A stretch of DNA of 64,000 bases from an uncultured bacterium. Lineage in GTDB: Bacteria; Lernaellota; Lernaellaia; Lernaellales; Lernaellaceae. The notes below the pieces were generated by a model that had not been told where the DNA came from, searched no databases, and saw only the letters and a program-made list of their open reading frames with translations. Position 1 is the first letter of the stretch, and each line of letters starts with the position of its first letter. The translations under genes and the position numbers were made by a program. This document shows positions 1 to 11,074 of this stretch, in pieces. The stretch spans positions 2,787-66,786 of the forward strand of contig CAZHPN010000006.1 of the NCBI GenBank assembly GCA_964534375.1. Reading direction: 5' to 3'.

Positions 1-851
1 CCGTAAAATGTGTAGCCCGAGAAAATGCCCATCGCCATCGTCAGCTTGGCGATGTCGGCCAAGTGATCGCTGCGGATCGCGTCGCCCAGGCCGAAGCGCC
101 GCCGCGACCAGATCACTCCCAGCAGCAGCGCCGCGAGCGAGATGTAAAAGGAACACGCGAAGTAGTAGCCGCCGATCAAGGTGGAGATCCAGTGCGGCTT
201 AAGCGACATGATGAAGTCGACGGCGGTGATCGTCAGCAGGCAGGCGAACGCCACCGCGTAAAGCGGCGACAAAATCAGCAGGCGCCGGCGGGCGATCGCG
301 GTTTCGGCGGCGGCGCCGCGCCAACTGCGCGTGAGCCAGCGGTGCAGCGGCCCGACGAACGCGCCGCCCTGCTCGTTGCGGCGGCCGATGTCGGTCCGCA
401 AGGAGGTGTAAAGAACCGACAGGCCGAGAACATTCAGAACGACCTGCACGAGGACGCCCCGGCCGATCAGCAGCGGCAGGGTGTTCCACCACGTGGGGCC
501 GTAGGGCGTTTTCGCCCACGGCATCAGGTGCCGCAGACCCGGGATCATGATCAGGAAGAGCACGAACGACGCCGGCAGAAACGCGCCCAGACCCTCGGCG
601 ACGCGTTTGACCGGTTTGCCCCAGCGCCCCGACGCCAGGTTCAGCGCACACGAGAAAACCACGCCGCCCGAGCCGAGGCCGAGGAAAAAGAGATAATTGA
701 CCAGATACGCCTGCCAGGCGCGGACCGGGTCGCTGGCGAGGCTGACTGCCAGGCCGACGACGCCCACGCCGATCAGCGCGGCCAACCCGCCCCAGAGCGC
801 GCCCGACATTTCCGCCGGCCGGTTTGCGGTGATGGCGGCGTTACTGTTCAT
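1..851 (-). CDS. NrfD/PsrC-family polytopic membrane subunit (ActF-like); the 3' end runs off the window
   Basis: Minus-strand ATG at 851-849. Hand translation gives MNSNAAITANRPAEMSGALWGGLAALIGVGVVGLAVSLASDPVRAWQAYLVNYLFFLGLGSGGVVFSC..., multi-TM NrfD-like. It overlaps the upstream ActD-like gene by 11 nt. It is not in the ORF track because the frame stays open to the window edge. Confidence 0.55.
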   Translation of the reverse strand, partial: MNSNAAITANRPAEMSGALWGGLAALIGVGVVGLAVSLASDPVRAWQAYLVNYLFFLGLGSGGVVFSCALNLASGRWGKPVKRVAEGLGAFLPASFVLFLIMIPGLRHLMPWAKTPYGPTWWNTLPLLIGRGVLVQVVLNVLGLSVLYTSLRTDIGRRNEQGGAFVGPLHRWLTRSWRGAAAETAIARRRLLILSPLYAVAFACLLTITAVDFIMSLKPHWISTLIGGYYFACSFYISLAALLLGVIWSRRRFGLGDAIRSDHLADIAKLTMAMGIFSGYTFY

Positions 852-1353
852 GGACCTCCGCCGCGCCGTGCTCGCGCAGCAGCGACATGACTTGTTCGCG
901 TTCAACGCCTTCGCAAGGCACGAAGATGCCGTATTTGTCGTCGGAAAACCGCGGGTCGTAGCCGGGCGTCGTGCGCCGGCGCGGCAGTCCGCTCAAAGCC
1001 AACATCCCAATAAAATTGGAGAGGCAGCCGAAGAGAATCGTAAATTCGAAGTCGATGACGACCCACGGGATCCACGAGAGGAACGGCTTGCCCATGACGA
1101 CGATTTTGTAGCTCGCCGCCGCGTAGCTCGTCAGGCCGATCGCGCTGAGAAAGCCGGTGAGGGCGCCCGCCAACGTGATCAACCCGAGCGGGCTGACTTT
1201 TTGCCCGATCGCCGCGACGACGCGGTGGTCGGCAATCGGCGAATAAACGTGGAATTTCGTGCGCCCGGCCTGCTTAACGGCGCGCACGGCGTCCGCGCAG
1301 ATCCCGCCGTGCGGGAACACGGCCAGCACGCCCGGCGTGTCACACGTGGCCAT
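841..1353 (-). CDS. ActD-like small membrane subunit (DUF3341-like) of an alternative complex III-type module
   Basis: 170-aa ORF with two predicted TM segments (KIVVMGKPFLSWIPWVVIDFEFTILFGCLSNFIGMLALSGL). It lies between two NrfD-like genes, as actD does in actBCDF clusters, and overlaps both neighbours. Confidence 0.55.
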   Translation of the reverse strand: MATCDTPGVLAVFPHGGICADAVRAVKQAGRTKFHVYSPIADHRVVAAIGQKVSPLGLITLAGALTGFLSAIGLTSYAAASYKIVVMGKPFLSWIPWVVIDFEFTILFGCLSNFIGMLALSGLPRRRTTPGYDPRFSDDKYGIFVPCEGVEREQVMSLLREHGAAEVHEQ

Positions 1354-2710
1354 GCTGCGCCTCCGTCGCGGCGTGCGGGATTTCTTCTTTGATGTCCACG
1401 ATGGAGATGGTCGGCATGAAGCGCATGAACAACCACACCCACATGCCGAACCAGCAGAAGGCGCCGACGGTCAGGCCGATTTCGTTGGCCGACGGGAAAT
1501 AATCGCCCCACGAAAACGGCACGTAGGTCTGGCGCTGCGTGATGATGATCAAATAGCGCTCGTACCACATGCCGATGTTCACCAGCACGCCGACCAAAAA
1601 CAGCCACGGCACGCTGCGCCGCGCGCGTTTCCAGAAAAAGATCACCGGCGCGAGGCAGTTGCACAGGGCCGTCGTCCAGAAAGACACGGCGGCGAAGCCG
1701 GACAGGCGCTTGAGGAACGCCGCCATTTCAAACGTATTCTGCGAGAACATGCCGACGAAGATTTCGAAACCGTACGAATAGGCGAGGATCAGGCCCGTGA
1801 AGATCATGAATTTCGCCATTTTTTCGAGCACGTCCATGGTGATGATGTTTTTCACCTTCTGGAAATGGCGCATCGGCAGCAGCAGCACGAGCACCATGGC
1901 GAAACCGGAGTGGATCGCGCCGGCGACGAAATACGGCGGGTAAATCGTGCTGTGCCAGCCGGGCACGATCGACAGCGCGAAGTCCCAGGAAACGACCGAG
2001 TGCACGGAGATGACCAGCGGCGTCGCGAGCGCGGCGAAGAAGAGGTAGCTGCGTGCGTAATGCCGCCAGTTGCGCTGGTTGTTGCTCCAGCCGAGCGATA
2101 GCACGCGGTAGACCTTGCTGCGCCAGCCGGGCACGTGGTCGCGCGCCGCCGCGAGGTCGGGAATCAGGCCGGTGAACCAGAACAATAGGCTGACCGTGAA
2201 GTAGGTCGAAATGGCGACGAAATCGAACATCAGCGGCGAGATGAAGTTCGGCCACAATTCGCGTTGGTTGGGGTACGGCGCCAGCCAGTAGAAGACCCAC
2301 ACGCGCCCCAGGTGAATCACCGGGAAAAGGCCGGCGGTCATCACGGCGAACACGGTCATCGCCTCGGCGCTGCGCGCGATCGCCGTGCGGAATTTCGCGC
2401 GGAACAAATACAAAATCGCCGAAATCAGCGTGCCGGCGTGGCCGATGCCGACCCAGAAGACGAAGTTGACGAGCATCGTGCCCCAGAAGGTGGGGTTGTT
2501 CATGCCGTCGACGCCGATGCCGTGGAAGAATTGGTTCATCTCGCACGACAAAAACATCCCGACGCCGGCGATGAGAATGCCCAGAACGATCCACCATTGC
2601 CGCGTGGTGACCTTGATGTTGCCGAGAATCTGCCGGTTGACGGAGGCGAAATCGCGCACGCCCTCTTCGGGAATATCGCCGATCGCGGTCGGGGCCAGCG
2701 TCTCGTTCAT
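1340..2710 (-). CDS. NrfD/PsrC family quinol-interacting membrane subunit (ActC-like)
   Basis: 456 aa, about 10 TM helices with NrfD-like motifs (WWIVLGILIAGVGMFLS...FWVGIGHAGTLISAIL). The start overlaps the stop of the upstream Mo/FeS gene by 4 nt. Confidence 0.8.
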   Translation of the reverse strand: MNETLAPTAIGDIPEEGVRDFASVNRQILGNIKVTTRQWWIVLGILIAGVGMFLSCEMNQFFHGIGVDGMNNPTFWGTMLVNFVFWVGIGHAGTLISAILYLFRAKFRTAIARSAEAMTVFAVMTAGLFPVIHLGRVWVFYWLAPYPNQRELWPNFISPLMFDFVAISTYFTVSLLFWFTGLIPDLAAARDHVPGWRSKVYRVLSLGWSNNQRNWRHYARSYLFFAALATPLVISVHSVVSWDFALSIVPGWHSTIYPPYFVAGAIHSGFAMVLVLLLPMRHFQKVKNIITMDVLEKMAKFMIFTGLILAYSYGFEIFVGMFSQNTFEMAAFLKRLSGFAAVSFWTTALCNCLAPVIFFWKRARRSVPWLFLVGVLVNIGMWYERYLIIITQRQTYVPFSWGDYFPSANEIGLTVGAFCWFGMWVWLFMRFMPTISIVDIKEEIPHAATEAQHGHV

Positions 2711-5550
2711 GCCTTCCCCAATTTGTCGTCGCGCACGATTTTCTTCAGGTAGATCACGCCCGGCCGCGTGTTGAGTTCATCGAGCACCTGGTAGGCGCGC
2801 GGGTCTTTCGCCAGGCGCGAGACCTTGCTGGCCGGATCGAGAAACGTGCCGAACGACAACGCGCCCGTCGGGCAGGTCTGCACGCACGCCGGCTGCACCT
2901 CGCCGTCGCGGATTTCGCGTTCTTCGACGTTAGCGGTCTGGCGCGCCTGCTTGATGCGTTGCACGCAGAAGCTGCACTTTTCCATCACGCCCATTTCGCG
3001 CGCCGTGACGTCCGGGTTGAGTTGCAGGTTCAGCGGCGGCGTGCGCGTGTACTTGAAGAAGTTGAAGCGGCGCACTTTGTACGGGCAGTTCTGGCCGCAA
3101 TATCGCGTGCCGATGCAGCGGTTGTAAATCTGGACGTTCAGGCCTTCGCTGTCGTGGTGCGGCGCATACACGGGGCAGACCGCCTCGCACGGCGCGTTGT
3201 TGCAATGCTGGCACAGCATCGGCAGGAAGCGCACGCCGGGATTTTCGCCGTCTTCAAAATAGCGCTGGATGAAAATCCAGTGCATGATCCGGTTTTCCAA
3301 GACGCGCTCTTTGCCGACGATCGCCACGTTGTTCTCGGCGTAACAAGCGGCGGCGCAGGCGCTGCAGCCCGAGCACTTGTCGAGGTCGACGACCATGCCC
3401 CACCGGTACATCGAATGCTCGACCGGCGGGTAGATGTCGACTTTGTCGTCGTGGTTGGCGGCGATCGGCACGCGCACCGGATATTTCAAATGCACCGCCT
3501 CGGTTTCCGGCCGTTCCGGCGGCGCGACCTCATAAATCGCGCGCGCAATCTCGCGGCCGAATTGCTGGGAACTGCCGTCCGTATGCGCGAGGCGAATCTT
3601 GCGCCCCGTCAGCCGCACCTTGGCGTCGCCGGCGCTGGCCCGGCCCCGTGTCAGCGCCAGCGGATTGACGCCCGAGCCGCGCGTGTAGCGGCCGGCGGAA
3701 CGGCCCATGCCCATGGGGATCGCCAGCGTCTGCGGATGGACGCCGCGGTACAAGAAGACGGCGGCTTCGCCCTTGCCGTGCCGCGTCTCGACCTCGACGA
3801 CGTCGCCTTGCGCGACGCCGAGTTTCGCCGCCGTGTCGGGGTGCATTTCAACCCAGCCGTCCCACGTCATGCAGGTCAGCGGATCGGGAATTTCCTGCAA
3901 CCAATTTTTGTTGGCGTCGCGGCCGTCGTACCAGCGCAGGCTCGGATAACCGTGCACCGTCAGGCTTTCGCGCGGCGCGATGGCGGTGAACTGGTAGCCG
4001 GTCAATTTCAGTTCCGGCGCCGTCGCCGCCCCGCTCGCCGGCGTCGCGAAGCCGCGCGCCACGAGTCCGCGGAAATCGCCGGCGTGCGGATCGCCGGCCA
4101 GGCCCAGCGGCGCGCCGCCGAGCCGCGCGAAATGTTGCTCGACGGGCTCCGGATTTCCGCCCGCCGGGGCCAATATCTGCTGCAGGTGCGCCGCCGGGTG
4201 CAGCGCGCCCATCGTCGGCTGGATGATCCCGACGACGCCGCGGCGGGGCTCGTAGGTTCCCCAGGTTTCGTAGGGCGTGTGGACCGGCAGCACCAGGTGC
4301 GCCTTCGCCGTCGTCTCCGTTTCCACCGAATCGATCACGGCGAGAAACGGGACCTTCGCGATCGCTTCCGCGAAGCCCGGCCAGGCATAGATCGGGTTGG
4401 CGCGAAACACCAACAACGCCTGGATCGCGCCGGATTCGAGATCTTTGCGAAATTGCTCAAGTTCCGCGCGGCGGGCCAGGCGCGAATAGGCTAGCGGCCG
4501 AGAAAAATCAGCGACCGCGCGAACGCCGCCGGTCAGATGATTCAGCAGATTGGCCGCGATCGCCGCGTCGGCCGAGCCGGCCGTGAGCACATACGGTTGA
4601 CTGGCTTCTTTGACCATCCGCCGGGCGACGGCGCGAATGAGCTGCTCGTCGACGCCGCACCGCCGCGCCAAATCTTCCGTTTTCGCCCCGCCGAGCGCCG
4701 CCCGGGCGCACAGGAGGTCGTCCGCGGACGCCGACACGCCGGCGTCGATCGCCGCCGCAAGGAGGGCGAATGCGAAATGGGCCTCGGCGCCGGCTTGAAT
4801 CGGGAGCCAGCGATCGGCGACGGCTGCCGTCGCCGACATCCGCGGGCCGGCGTAGACGAATCCAGTCTTGCGCACATCGCGCTCGCGCGCCGCGGTGAAT
4901 TGCGCGGAAAACTCCACTGGCGAGAGCCAGGTCTCCAGGAAATCCGCGCCGATCGACACCAGCAGGTCGCTTCGGGAAAGATCCAAGGCCGGCACGTCGT
5001 CCGTGCCGTAGACGGCCAGGTTTGCTTCGCGCAACTCGTCGTAGGAAATCGGCTCGAACATCGTCGCGCGCGTGCCGCCGCAACCGCCCAGCCAGCCGTT
5101 CAGCAGCGCCGCGTCGTAGCCAGTTTCCAAACCGCTCAGCACGGCGACCTTGCCGCCGGCCGCCGCCGCTTGGGCGTGCAGCATCGCGCGGGCTTGCGGC
5201 CACGTCAGGCGCGATTCGCCGCCGCTGCGCGACACCGGGTCGATCAAGCGGTCCGGATGATAAATGTCTTCCAACGCCGCTTGACCACGGGCGCACAGCT
5301 TGCCGCGATTGATCGGGTGCTCGGGCGCGCCTTCGAATTTGATGATTCGCGCTTCCCGATTTTTCGCCCAGACGCCGCAACCGGCCGGACACTGGCGGCA
5401 CGTCGTCGCGTACCAAGTCGGGATGCCGGGGATGATGTTTTCCGGCGGATTAAGGAAAGGAATCAGTTTCTGATTGGTGGGAAATCCGCAGCCGGCCGCG
5501 GTCAACGCGGTCGAGACGCCGGCAATCTTCAGAAAGTCGCGTCGTTTCAC
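2707..5550 (-). CDS. TAT-exported molybdopterin-oxidoreductase-like protein fused to a 4Fe-4S ferredoxin domain (ActB-like, PsrA/PsrB fusion)
   Basis: 947 aa. Twin-arginine signal [22 protein letters not shown]-terminal CxxCxxxC Mo-bisPGD-type fold. C-terminal part carries four Cys clusters ([45 protein letters not shown]...CVQTCP) typical of PsrB/ActB2. The stop codon is TGA. Confidence 0.85.
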   Translation of the reverse strand: MKRRDFLKIAGVSTALTAAGCGFPTNQKLIPFLNPPENIIPGIPTWYATTCRQCPAGCGVWAKNREARIIKFEGAPEHPINRGKLCARGQAALEDIYHPDRLIDPVSRSGGESRLTWPQARAMLHAQAAAAGGKVAVLSGLETGYDAALLNGWLGGCGGTRATMFEPISYDELREANLAVYGTDDVPALDLSRSDLLVSIGADFLETWLSPVEFSAQFTAARERDVRKTGFVYAGPRMSATAAVADRWLPIQAGAEAHFAFALLAAAIDAGVSASADDLLCARAALGGAKTEDLARRCGVDEQLIRAVARRMVKEASQPYVLTAGSADAAIAANLLNHLTGGVRAVADFSRPLAYSRLARRAELEQFRKDLESGAIQALLVFRANPIYAWPGFAEAIAKVPFLAVIDSVETETTAKAHLVLPVHTPYETWGTYEPRRGVVGIIQPTMGALHPAAHLQQILAPAGGNPEPVEQHFARLGGAPLGLAGDPHAGDFRGLVARGFATPASGAATAPELKLTGYQFTAIAPRESLTVHGYPSLRWYDGRDANKNWLQEIPDPLTCMTWDGWVEMHPDTAAKLGVAQGDVVEVETRHGKGEAAVFLYRGVHPQTLAIPMGMGRSAGRYTRGSGVNPLALTRGRASAGDAKVRLTGRKIRLAHTDGSSQQFGREIARAIYEVAPPERPETEAVHLKYPVRVPIAANHDDKVDIYPPVEHSMYRWGMVVDLDKCSGCSACAAACYAENNVAIVGKERVLENRIMHWIFIQRYFEDGENPGVRFLPMLCQHCNNAPCEAVCPVYAPHHDSEGLNVQIYNRCIGTRYCGQNCPYKVRRFNFFKYTRTPPLNLQLNPDVTAREMGVMEKCSFCVQRIKQARQTANVEEREIRDGEVQPACVQTCPTGALSFGTFLDPASKVSRLAKDPRAYQVLDELNTRPGVIYLKKIVRDDKLGKA

Positions 5551-5830
5551 GGGTGCAATTCGCCTTCGACGGTCCGGAGCGACGTGGCGCTCATGCGGCC
5601 GTCAGTTTTTGCACGAGTACGCGCTGTTGCATTAATCCCGTTAACAAAATATCTAAAACAAAACCACCGTAAATTTTACCGGAAAAAAGTTAAGAATCGT
5701 TCCTGCCCCGGTCAAGAAGATTGCCGAAATATTGCTTTTTACATCATCAAGATTAAGTTCGAGTTGTGTTCGACGGCCGCGCTGACGCTTGGCGGCCAAG
5801 CGGCCGATTACGCATGAGGAACAAAAAATA

Positions 5831-7576
5831 ATGCTCACGGGCGGCGAGACGATCGCGAACGTCCTCCACAACCAGAATGTCCGTTTCTTGTTTACGCTCT
5901 GCGGCGGCCACATCTCGCCGATCCTCGTCGCCGCCAAACGGCGCGGGTTGCGGGTCATCGACGTGCGCGACGAAAAGAACGCGGTGTTCGCCGCCGATGC
6001 GGTCGCGCGCATCACCGGCGTACCCGGGGTCGCGGCGGTCACGGCCGGCCCCGGCGTCGTCAACGCACTCACCGCCCTGAAAAACGCGCAGTTGGCGCAG
6101 TCGCCGCTGGTCCTGCTCGGCGGCGCGACGGCGACCTTCCTGCGCGGGCGCGGCGCCCTGCAGGATATCGACCAGCTCGCGGCCGTCGGGCCCCACGTCA
6201 AATGGGCGACCGCGGTCAAAACGCGGCGCGATCTGGCGCCCGCCTTGGAAGACGCCTTCGCCGCGGCGATCGAGGGCGTGCCGGGCCCTGTTTTCGTCGA
6301 AACCCCGGTGGATTTGCTTTATGACGAGAACGTCGTGCGGACGTGGTACGCGCAGGGCAAGCCGAAAGGCGCGACGCTGTTCGACCGCGGTGTCAATCTG
6401 TATCTCGACTACCACGTCAATCGTCTGTTTCACGGCGCCGACGAGCATCCGCCGGCCCCGGCGGCCGTGCGGCCCCGGCGCGAGCCGCCCACGAGCGTGG
6501 TGCGGCAAGCGGCGTTGCTGCTCGCCAAGGCCGAGCGCCCGGTGCTGTTGATGGGCGGCCAGGCGATGCTTTGCGCCTGCGAGGCGCAGGCGATGGACGC
6601 CGCGGTCGCCGTGTTGGACATCCCGACGTATCTGGCCGGCACCGCGCGCGGGCTGCTCGGCCGCGAGCACCGGCTGCAGTTGTTTCACAACCGCAAAGAG
6701 ACGTTGCGCGAAGCCGACGTGGTCATCCTCGCCGGGGTGCCGTGCGATTTCCGCCTCGACTACGGCCGGCAGATCAACTCGCGCGCCAAGGTCATCGCCG
6801 CCAATTTCAGCGAGCCGGAGATGAACAAGAACCGCCGGCCGACGCTGGGCGTTGTCGCCGATCCGGGGTTGTTCCTTAATGCGCTGGCCGCCGAGTTGTC
6901 GGGCACGCGGCACGATCACGCCCGCGATTGGGCTGGCTGGACCGACAAACTGCGCCGCCGCGACGACGAGCGGCAAGCGGAAATCGAGCGCCGCGCGTCC
7001 GAGCCGACCGACGGCATCCATCCGCTGCGCCTTGCGCTCGAAATCGAGCAGGCGATGGACGACGACAGCGTGATCGTCGTCGACGGCGGCGATTTTGTCG
7101 CGACCTCGTCCTACGTCGTGCGGCCGCGCGGGCCGTTTCGCTGGCTCGATCCGGGGGTCTTCGGCACGCTGGGCGTCGGCGCGGGCTTTGCCCTGGGCGC
7201 GAAACTGGCGCGGCCGACCGCGGAGGTCTGGCTGCTCTACGGCGATGGCGCGGCAGCCTACAGCCTGGCCGAATTCGACACGCTGGCCCGGCACGGCGCG
7301 CCGGTTATCGCCGTCGTCGGCAACGACGGCGCCTGGTCGCAGATCGCCCGCGAACAGGTCGAGATGCTCGGCGACGACGTGGGCACGGTGCTCGAACGCC
7401 GCGCGTACCACCAGGTCGCCGCGGGCTATGGCGGCCAGGGCCTGCTGCTGACCGACGCCGCCGACATCCGGGCGACGCTGCGCGAAGCCAAACGGCTCGC
7501 CGCCGCCGGCCATCCCACGCTGGTCAACGCACACATCGGCCGCACCGATTTTCGCAAGGGCTCGGTGTCGATGTAG
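5831..7576 (+). CDS. Thiamine-diphosphate-dependent enzyme (acetolactate synthase large subunit / oxalyl-CoA decarboxylase-like)
   Basis: The 581-aa ORF has the N-terminal ThDP pyrimidine-binding domain (GGHISPIL...[18 protein letters not shown]) and the C-terminal ThDP-binding motif [32 protein letters not shown]. The start is probably the ATG at 5831 (GAGGAA SD upstream) rather than the track's 5789. Confidence 0.8.
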   Translation: MLTGGETIANVLHNQNVRFLFTLCGGHISPILVAAKRRGLRVIDVRDEKNAVFAADAVARITGVPGVAAVTAGPGVVNALTALKNAQLAQSPLVLLGGATATFLRGRGALQDIDQLAAVGPHVKWATAVKTRRDLAPALEDAFAAAIEGVPGPVFVETPVDLLYDENVVRTWYAQGKPKGATLFDRGVNLYLDYHVNRLFHGADEHPPAPAAVRPRREPPTSVVRQAALLLAKAERPVLLMGGQAMLCACEAQAMDAAVAVLDIPTYLAGTARGLLGREHRLQLFHNRKETLREADVVILAGVPCDFRLDYGRQINSRAKVIAANFSEPEMNKNRRPTLGVVADPGLFLNALAAELSGTRHDHARDWAGWTDKLRRRDDERQAEIERRASEPTDGIHPLRLALEIEQAMDDDSVIVVDGGDFVATSSYVVRPRGPFRWLDPGVFGTLGVGAGFALGAKLARPTAEVWLLYGDGAAAYSLAEFDTLARHGAPVIAVVGNDGAWSQIAREQVEMLGDDVGTVLERRAYHQVAAGYGGQGLLLTDAADIRATLREAKRLAAAGHPTLVNAHIGRTDFRKGSVSM

Positions 7577-7699
7577 CGGCCGCGACCAAAACGCATTGCG
7601 GCGCCTTTCGCTATCTGTTATAAATTCGCGAGTTTTTACTTTTTTTCGCCCGCCTTCGGCGACGAATGCGCCGCGAACGGTTATTGACGGAGGGAAACC

Positions 7700-8293
7700 T
7701 TGAAATTCATCGGCATCCTCGCCATCGTGACGCTCGTTTTCGCCGCTTGCCAACCTACTGCGCCGGCGCCCACGCCGCTGCCTGCCGACCAGGCGGGGCC
7801 GCTGATCGACCAAGTTCAGAACTTCCAGTTGGGCAACGGCGTATCGATCAAGATCAATATCGACAATGCGGTCAAAGGTCTCGCCGCCCGCGGGCAGCAA
7901 ATGACCGATCCCGCGTGGAATGCGTATCCCGGGCCGGCGAATTGCCAGGGCTGCAACCTGGTGGTGTTTACAGCGGCGATCAATCAAGCCAAGGAGCGCT
8001 ATGAGTTTCTGACGCGCAACGGCGGCAAGGTCGTCGAGGGCTATAATGACGGCGCGAAGATGATGTTCCGCTTGAAGCCGATCGCCAACAAGCCGGCCGC
8101 CCCAACAACGACGCCCGCGGGGCTCGGTCAGGCGCCAGCCGCGCCCGGTCAGGCGCCGGCTGCGGCGCCCGCGCAAGCGGCGAAACCCGGCGATAAGGCC
8201 CCGGCAGCGCCTCCGGCGGCCCCGGCGCCGGCCGCACCGGCTGCCCCGGCCGCCAACGCCAAACCGGCTGCGCCGCCGGCCGCCGGCAAGTAG
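7700..8293 (+). CDS. Lipoprotein with a Pro/Ala-rich C-terminal tail
   Basis: TTG start preceded by GGAGGG. Signal peptide plus lipobox LVFAAC. The C-terminal 70 aa are low complexity, (A/P/K)n. Confidence 0.5.
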   Translation: MKFIGILAIVTLVFAACQPTAPAPTPLPADQAGPLIDQVQNFQLGNGVSIKINIDNAVKGLAARGQQMTDPAWNAYPGPANCQGCNLVVFTAAINQAKERYEFLTRNGGKVVEGYNDGAKMMFRLKPIANKPAAPTTTPAGLGQAPAAPGQAPAAAPAQAAKPGDKAPAAPPAAPAPAAPAAPAANAKPAAPPAAGK

Positions 8294-8462
8294 AACCGTT
8301 CCGCCCAAGAACGCGTGCGCGTTCTTCTAGAGAACGCCACGGCGAACTTTTCAGTTCGAGCCCGTGCATATTCGCCCTTTCTTGACGCCTTTTCGGCCGC
8401 CGTGCTAAACCGCTCAGCGACTCGCAAACGTAGTGTGCGCCGGCAGGCGAAGGAGGCGTTCC

Positions 8463-9602
8463 ATGTTCGATCCGCGTGTGGCCGAACTGGCCCGGGTGTT
8501 CGTCGATTACTCCACCCGCGTCAAAAAGGGCGATGTCGTGCTGCTCAATTTCTACGAGGCCTCGACCTATCCGATCATGAAGGAAATTCACAAGCTCTGC
8601 CTCCTGCGCGGCGCGAAATACGTGCAGTGCGATCTCGATTTCGCCGAGCTGCAGCGCGATCTGTTCGACTACGGCTCGGACGAGCAGGTTTCGTATTTCC
8701 CGCAACACAAGCTCGATTTCATGAAGCAGTGCACCGTTTTCATCGGCATCCGCGCCGAGGAAAACGACATGGTGCTGGCCCACGCGAACCACGCGCACGT
8801 CAATCTGTGGCAGAAAATGATGCGCCCGATTCTCGACCAGCGCGTCAGCCACACCCGCTGGTGCATCACCCGCTGGCCGACCAACGCCATGGCGCAAAAA
8901 GTGAAGATGAGCCTCGAAGAATTCACCGACTTCTATTTCCGCTGCGCGAACTACGATTACGCCGCGCTGAAAAAGCGCCAGGCCAAACTGACCCGCATGA
9001 TGACCCGCGCCGACCGCGTGCACATCCACGCCTCGGACACTGATCTGCGCTTCTCAATCAAGGGCCTGCCCGCGATCAGTTGCCACGGCACGATGAACAT
9101 CCCCGACGGCGAAGTGTTCACCGCGCCGGTGCGCGACAGCATCGAGGGCTATCTCACGTACAACACGCCGAGCGTTTATATGGGCAAGGAATACGGCGGC
9201 GTGCGGCTGGAATTCGAAAAGGGCAAAATCGTCAAGGCGAGCTGTGCGAGCGGCGACGACAAAGCGCTCAACGCGATCTTCGACACCGACGAGGGCGCGC
9301 GGTACGTCGGCGAATTCGCCATCGGCACGAACACGGAAATCACCCAGCCGATGCGCAATATCCTCTTCGACGAAAAGATTTACGGCTCGTTCCATTTCAC
9401 GCCGGGCATGTGCTACGACGAGTGCAACAACGGCAACAAGAGCGCCATCCATTGGGACCTGGTGAAGCTGCTGCACGGCGACGGCGAAATTGCCTTCGAC
9501 GGCAAGCCGATCATGCGCGACGGCGTGTTCGTGCACAAAGATTTGCTCGACTTGAACCCGCCGAGAGAAGGAAAAAAGAAAAAGGAAAAAGGAAAAAAGT
9601 AA
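8463..9602 (+). CDS. Aminopeptidase, M29 (AmpS/PepS thermophilic aminopeptidase) family
   Basis: Diagnostic M29 motifs (HFTPGMCYDE...HWDLV, EGARYVGEFAIGTN). Probable start is ATG 8463 (MFDPRVAEL). Unusual Lys-rich tail GKKKKEKGKK encoded by (GAAAAA)n. Confidence 0.8.
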   Translation: MFDPRVAELARVFVDYSTRVKKGDVVLLNFYEASTYPIMKEIHKLCLLRGAKYVQCDLDFAELQRDLFDYGSDEQVSYFPQHKLDFMKQCTVFIGIRAEENDMVLAHANHAHVNLWQKMMRPILDQRVSHTRWCITRWPTNAMAQKVKMSLEEFTDFYFRCANYDYAALKKRQAKLTRMMTRADRVHIHASDTDLRFSIKGLPAISCHGTMNIPDGEVFTAPVRDSIEGYLTYNTPSVYMGKEYGGVRLEFEKGKIVKASCASGDDKALNAIFDTDEGARYVGEFAIGTNTEITQPMRNILFDEKIYGSFHFTPGMCYDECNNGNKSAIHWDLVKLLHGDGEIAFDGKPIMRDGVFVHKDLLDLNPPREGKKKKEKGKK

Positions 9603-9659
9603 CCGCGGGGCGACCACGCGATCTCCAGACCGGGCGCGCGATGGCAGGCCCGTTTTTTG

Positions 9660-10985
9660 TTATTTTTTCGTGAAAGGATGAGTTCTCTTGACAGGATCAA
9701 CGGGATCAATTTCACCGGAACCTTGCCGTGCAAACGGCGGCGACGCTTCGTAAACCTCGCCGCCCAACACAACATAGCGCAGGTCGTTCATCGCCATGTG
9801 ATACGGGATCGCCGACAGGTCGGGCGCCGCGAAGAGCGCCACGTCGGCGCGATAGCCGGGCAGCAGCGCGCCGAGGCGGTCGTGGGCGAGCAGCGAACGC
9901 GCCGCGTTGTACGTGACGCCGGTCAGCGCCTCCGCCGGCGACATCTTCAGTTGCGCGCAGGCCAGCGTCAGGACAAGTTGCAGATTCTCGGTGTAACTCG
10001 AGCCGGGGTTGAGATCCGTCGCCAGCGCCACGCGGACGCCGCCATCCAGCAGCCGCCGCGCCGGCGCATAGCCCGTTTGGCCGAGGAACAGCGTCGTCGC
10101 CGGCAGAAGCACGGCGGACACGCCGGCGCGCGCCAGGGCGGCGATGCCGGCGTCGTCGACCGCCATCAGATGATCGGCGCTGGTCGCGCTGAGTTCGGCC
10201 GCCAACCGGGCGCCGCCGCAGGGCGAGAACTCGTCGGCGTGCACGCGCAATCTCATCCCGAGGTCGGCCGCTTTCGTCAAGATCCGCCGGCCCTGCGTTG
10301 CCGTGAAGTAGCCGTCTTCGACGAAGACGTCGCAAAAATCGGCGAGTTTTTCGGCGGCGACGGCCGGCAGCATTTCATTGACGAGGAGATCCACGTAGCG
10401 GTCGACGGCGCCGGCGAACTCCGGCGGCACGGCGTGCGCGCCCAAAAAGGTCGCAAACACGGTTTGCCCGGTCGCCGCCGCCGCGCGGCGAATCGCGCGC
10501 AGCATCCGCAACTCGCCGGCGGTTTCCAGCGCATAGCCGCTTTTTGCTTCGACGCCCGTGACGCCGAGCGCCAGCATGCGCCGCAACCGCGTGGTCGCGC
10601 CCGCCGCGAGTTCATCTTCCTCCGCGCGCCGCGTGGCGTTGACCGTCGCGCGAATGCCGCCGCCGGCGCGGGCGATCTCGGCATAGGTTGCCCCGGCCGC
10701 ACGCATGGCGAACTCGGCGTGCCGCGAGCCGGCCCAGCACGGATGCGTATGCGGGTCGATCAGGCCCGGCAGCGCGACCAACTCGGAGGCGTCGAGCCGC
10801 CGGTCGCCCGGCGCCGGCGCCGGCGCTTCGGTCGCTGGCCCGGCGAATACGATGCGGCGGTCGTCGATCACGAGCGCGCCATTCTCGACGACGCCGAGGT
10901 CGTCCCAGTTCACGCCGACGCCGTCTTTCGCCGCGACGCCGCGCATCGTCGCCATTTGCCGAATGGGGGAAATCAGCAGCCGCAT
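9660..10985 (-). CDS. hutI: Imidazolonepropionase-like amidohydrolase
   Basis: Amidohydrolase-superfamily metal-binding motifs (GLIDPHTHP ... HADE ... ATDLNPGSS). Probable start is the ATG giving MRLLISPIR. The 3' end (DPVDPVK...) is encoded by a short repeat that is also found in the intergenic region at 14.4 kb. Confidence 0.65.
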   Translation of the reverse strand: MRLLISPIRQMATMRGVAAKDGVGVNWDDLGVVENGALVIDDRRIVFAGPATEAPAPAPGDRRLDASELVALPGLIDPHTHPCWAGSRHAEFAMRAAGATYAEIARAGGGIRATVNATRRAEEDELAAGATTRLRRMLALGVTGVEAKSGYALETAGELRMLRAIRRAAAATGQTVFATFLGAHAVPPEFAGAVDRYVDLLVNEMLPAVAAEKLADFCDVFVEDGYFTATQGRRILTKAADLGMRLRVHADEFSPCGGARLAAELSATSADHLMAVDDAGIAALARAGVSAVLLPATTLFLGQTGYAPARRLLDGGVRVALATDLNPGSSYTENLQLVLTLACAQLKMSPAEALTGVTYNAARSLLAHDRLGALLPGYRADVALFAAPDLSAIPYHMAMNDLRYVVLGGEVYEASPPFARQGSGEIDPVDPVKRTHPFTKK

Positions 10986-11074
10986 GTCGCCTCCCGAGGT
11001 CGCCGGCCACGCTATCATCGCCGCCCGCGCCGCTCAAGTTGCGCCGGGGCGCCGGCTCGGGATAGGATTCGCCC

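Noticed and set aside
5753-8308. 851-aa minus-strand ORF, the longest in this region
   Set aside because: It is antisense to the ThDP-enzyme and lipoprotein genes. It has an Arg/Gly/Ala-rich low-complexity translation with no domain. This is a typical open-frame artefact of high-GC DNA.
9570-9602. Lys-rich tail (GKKKKEKGKK) of the aminopeptidase, encoded by (GAAAAA)n
   Set aside because: It is unusual in a GC-rich genome but lies in-frame at the end of a well-supported gene. It is probably a benign low-complexity tail, not a separate element.
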